The notes beneath the pieces are model-generated. The model worked only from the letters and a program-made list of their open reading frames with translations, did no database searches and was not told where the DNA came from. A stretch of 64,000 nucleotides of DNA from the human T2T-CHM13v2.0 reference genome, Homo sapiens, in assembly GCF_009914755.1 (NCBI RefSeq), contig NC_060943.1; one strand, given 5' to 3'. Both the position numbers and the translations under genes were made by a program. This document shows positions 56,959-64,000 of the stretch, piece after piece. The stretch's first letter is position 1; each line of letters begins with the position of its first letter.

Positions 56959-57482
56959 AAGCCAGAGGCTGCCTGGTGGGGCCCCGCCGTGGCCCAGTGA
57001 CTGAGATAATTGTCTTCGTCTGTGGGGTAATGCGAACAAGCCCCGTTCCCCTAAGCCGTGATGCATGCGGGGTTGACGCGGCCGGGCTCTGTCCCCATAA
57101 ACTGTGACACAGGTGTGTGTAGACGTCTATGAGGGCCATAGCGCCGGGCTGTAAGGGCATCTGTAGGGGTGACGCAGCCGGGCTGTGTCTCTGCACCTCC
57201 GTTCTGTGCGAGGTCAATGCTGGTGGGGTCTGCAGAGGTGGCACGGCCAGGACGGGTCTCCGTGTCTCTGAAATGTGCCTTTGCACTTCTGTCAGGTTGA
57301 CAGGGACAGGCAGTGTCCCTCTGGTGTGAGCGTCTGTGGGTGTGAAAGGGCCAGCGAGTGTGCGGCTGTGACTGGTCGGGATCGGGCCTGGGTGCATGGC
57401 CTTTTGAGTGAGCACAGGTGTGTGCGACCATGTCACCTGTCTTTCTAGTGTCTCCGTTGCTTCCTGTGCCTTGGCCTTCCAG

Positions 57483-58265
57483 CCATGTGGTACCTGCTAG
57501 GGAGCAGTGGTCCCAAAGTGACGTGAGAGGCTCTACGCTATTGTGAAAATGACCAAGAAGAAGGCTTCACAAGTCACGAGATGGCAGTTTTGGAGCCAGA
57601 AGTGCTCTCCGTGCACACTACCTGGACGACAAGAGGAAGTAACCTCAAGAATAGAATTCCTTTTGGGGAAGAAAGAGGTACCTGACATGGGAGGCGGGGA
57701 GGTGGTGAGAGGGGCAGCTCCATGTTTCAGAACCCCAGTTCCTAGAGTTTTCCAGCATTTCTCTGAAAAACTCACATGCCTGTGCCCTCTTATTTCTGAT
57801 TGATTTTAACTGTGGTCTGGGGACAAGTGTGCCCTATTTTCTTTCTTTGTTTTTTTTTTTTTTGAGACAGAGTCTTGCTCTGTCGCCCAGGGCTGGAGTG
57901 CAGTGGTGCGATCTCGGTTCCCAGGTTCAAGCGATTCTCCTGCCTCAGCCTCCCAAGTAGCTGGGACCACAGGCGCACGCCACCATGCCCAGCTAATTTT
58001 TGTATTTTTAGTAGAGACGGGATTTCACCATGTTGGCATAGGTGATCTCGATCTCTTGACTTCATGATCCGCCCCCGTCGGCTTCCCAAAGTTCTGGGAT
58101 TACAGTTGTGAGCCACCGCGCCTGGACGTGTGCGCTATTTTCTAACGTAGCTTGTGATCCAGAAAGGTCCTGGTGCCTCATTCTTATCTTCCTTTTCCCC
58201 TCCGGCCAGCTGGCCTTCAGGAAAAGCATCCCGGAGGAGGAAGAAGAAGTGTTATATGTCCTAAA
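57483..58265 (+). other. Candidate 5' exons 57483-57677 and 58210-58265 of the downstream gene
   Basis: Acceptors CCTTCCAG| and TTTTCCCCTCCGGCCAG|; donors GAG|GTACCT and AAA|GTAAGG. Confidence 0.45.
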
Positions 58266-58639
58266 GTAAGGTTTCAGGTGAGTTAGCTTTTTGTTCATTC
58301 AATGATTTGTATTTATACAACTTAAGACTATTTACTTTCCTTGGGCCCATTTCTTCCCAAATAGTCATTTATCCCACTAATTCCTCCCCAAGGGATGTGA
58401 CAGGGCGGTGCAGGTCATTCCTCCGTGTATACTCCATTGACCTACCCTCTTCTAAAATGTCTAAAAATTGTCTAAGAATCTGATGGTACAGAAGAGATTA
58501 ATTCTAACACTTTATATTACAGTGTGGTTTGGTAAGGAAGGGATTTATTTTTGGGTGGAAGGAAACACCAGATATCTTTGGTCTTTTGTTTATTTTTTAT
58601 TATTGTAGTTATTTTTTAACATGGTTAATTTTTTAAATT

Positions 58640-63130
<4,491 letters not shown>

Positions 63131-64000
63131 ATTTACTGTTAACTGTATTTACTGTTAACATTTTGTTAACAGGTATGTGTCCTGTCTCCCACTCCCCCAC
63201 TAAACACGTGTGTATGTTTGTTTCTGGAACATTAAATCCTGCTAATTGATCATGTAGATGAGTTAAAGACTCTTCAAATCTTAGTTTGTGAAAGAAATCC
63301 AACCCAGCCATGGGTCACATTACATTTGTGTACATGTGGAGAAGAGAGAGGCAGGCCAGTTATCTTTCTCTTGCTTTGAAAGGCTTCACGTTTACACCTT
63401 ATAGAATTAGAGATACGCCATTTCAAACTAATCCCATGACAGCAGATTATCAAGAAAGCCTTTCAGAATTAGATTTTCTATGATTTTAATGTTTCTTTGA
63501 CAGAGAATGATAATCAGTGATATCTGATGCCTTCCAAATATACACAAGTAACATTTCCATGATTATATGTACAAGTAACAAATCCAAGGTATATGAAATC
63601 CAAATATATGAAATGACTAAGATGGCAACAATTTGAAATAATTACACGAATCTCCCATATCACATAGAACACATGATTCAGTCTCTTGCTAATATTCTTG
63701 ATTTGGTATCTCTTCTCAGATTAGATTCTTTAAACTTGATTTCTGATGCAGAATCATGTCTCTATTTCCCTAGTTGCTGGTAAAGAGGGAACATTTTCTT
63801 ACGTGTCTTAGAATCGTTTTTGCTAATTCTGCTGATTCAAATAAATTCATGCTTAACATCAGGCTTGGAAAGTTATTTTTAGTTAGCATTCATGATATTG
63901 ATAGCTGATTGAGAAGCACATATTTTAGCATAAGAAAACAGCAGCCTCATGTTTCTTTTCTAAAAATGGATTAAGGGATATGTAATGTCAGTGATCTTTA

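Noticed and set aside
56759-57436. 225-aa minus-strand ORF
   Set aside because: GC-rich CpG island with (CA)n-derived HT repeat; stop-poor by composition
63280-64000. Possible old DNA-transposon remnant
   Set aside because: No terminal repeat or convincing transposase motif readable by eye

Overview
Primate (almost certainly human 19q13.4) KRAB-zinc-finger cluster DNA; no prokaryotic features. It holds a complete + strand KRAB-ZNF gene: CpG-island exon 1 at ~3.3 kb, coding exons 19393-19407, 22222-22348 and 25971-27682, 617 aa, recognised as ZNF813. Its intron 1 carries a HML-2 LTR5 solo LTR, a 5'-truncated ERV3/HERV-R-like provirus, a TPM3 retrocopy and an ERVK solo LTR. Its ~4 kb 3' UTR has dead zinc fingers, L1, HSMAR2, Alus and ends in an RPL39 retrocopy. 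Downstream lie a second LTR5, a V1R vomeronasal receptor pseudogene, two repeat-poor blocks with decayed minus-strand reading frames, a fold-back duplication of nested LTRs, and a second CpG-island promoter built on a ~110-bp ZNF143-site array (probably the distal ZNF331 promoter). Best leads: (1) the RPL39 retrocopy forms an in-frame alternative last exon giving a 97-aa KRAB-RPL39 chimera; (2) an intact 92-aa TPM3-retrocopy microprotein ORF; (3) CpG decay diversifying and truncating the DNA-contacting finger codons; (4) the tandem SBS promoter array; (5) the LTR fold-back; (6) a candidate fossil gene at 42-45 kb. Repeat family and gene names are from recognition, not a database search; many repeat boundaries are approximate.
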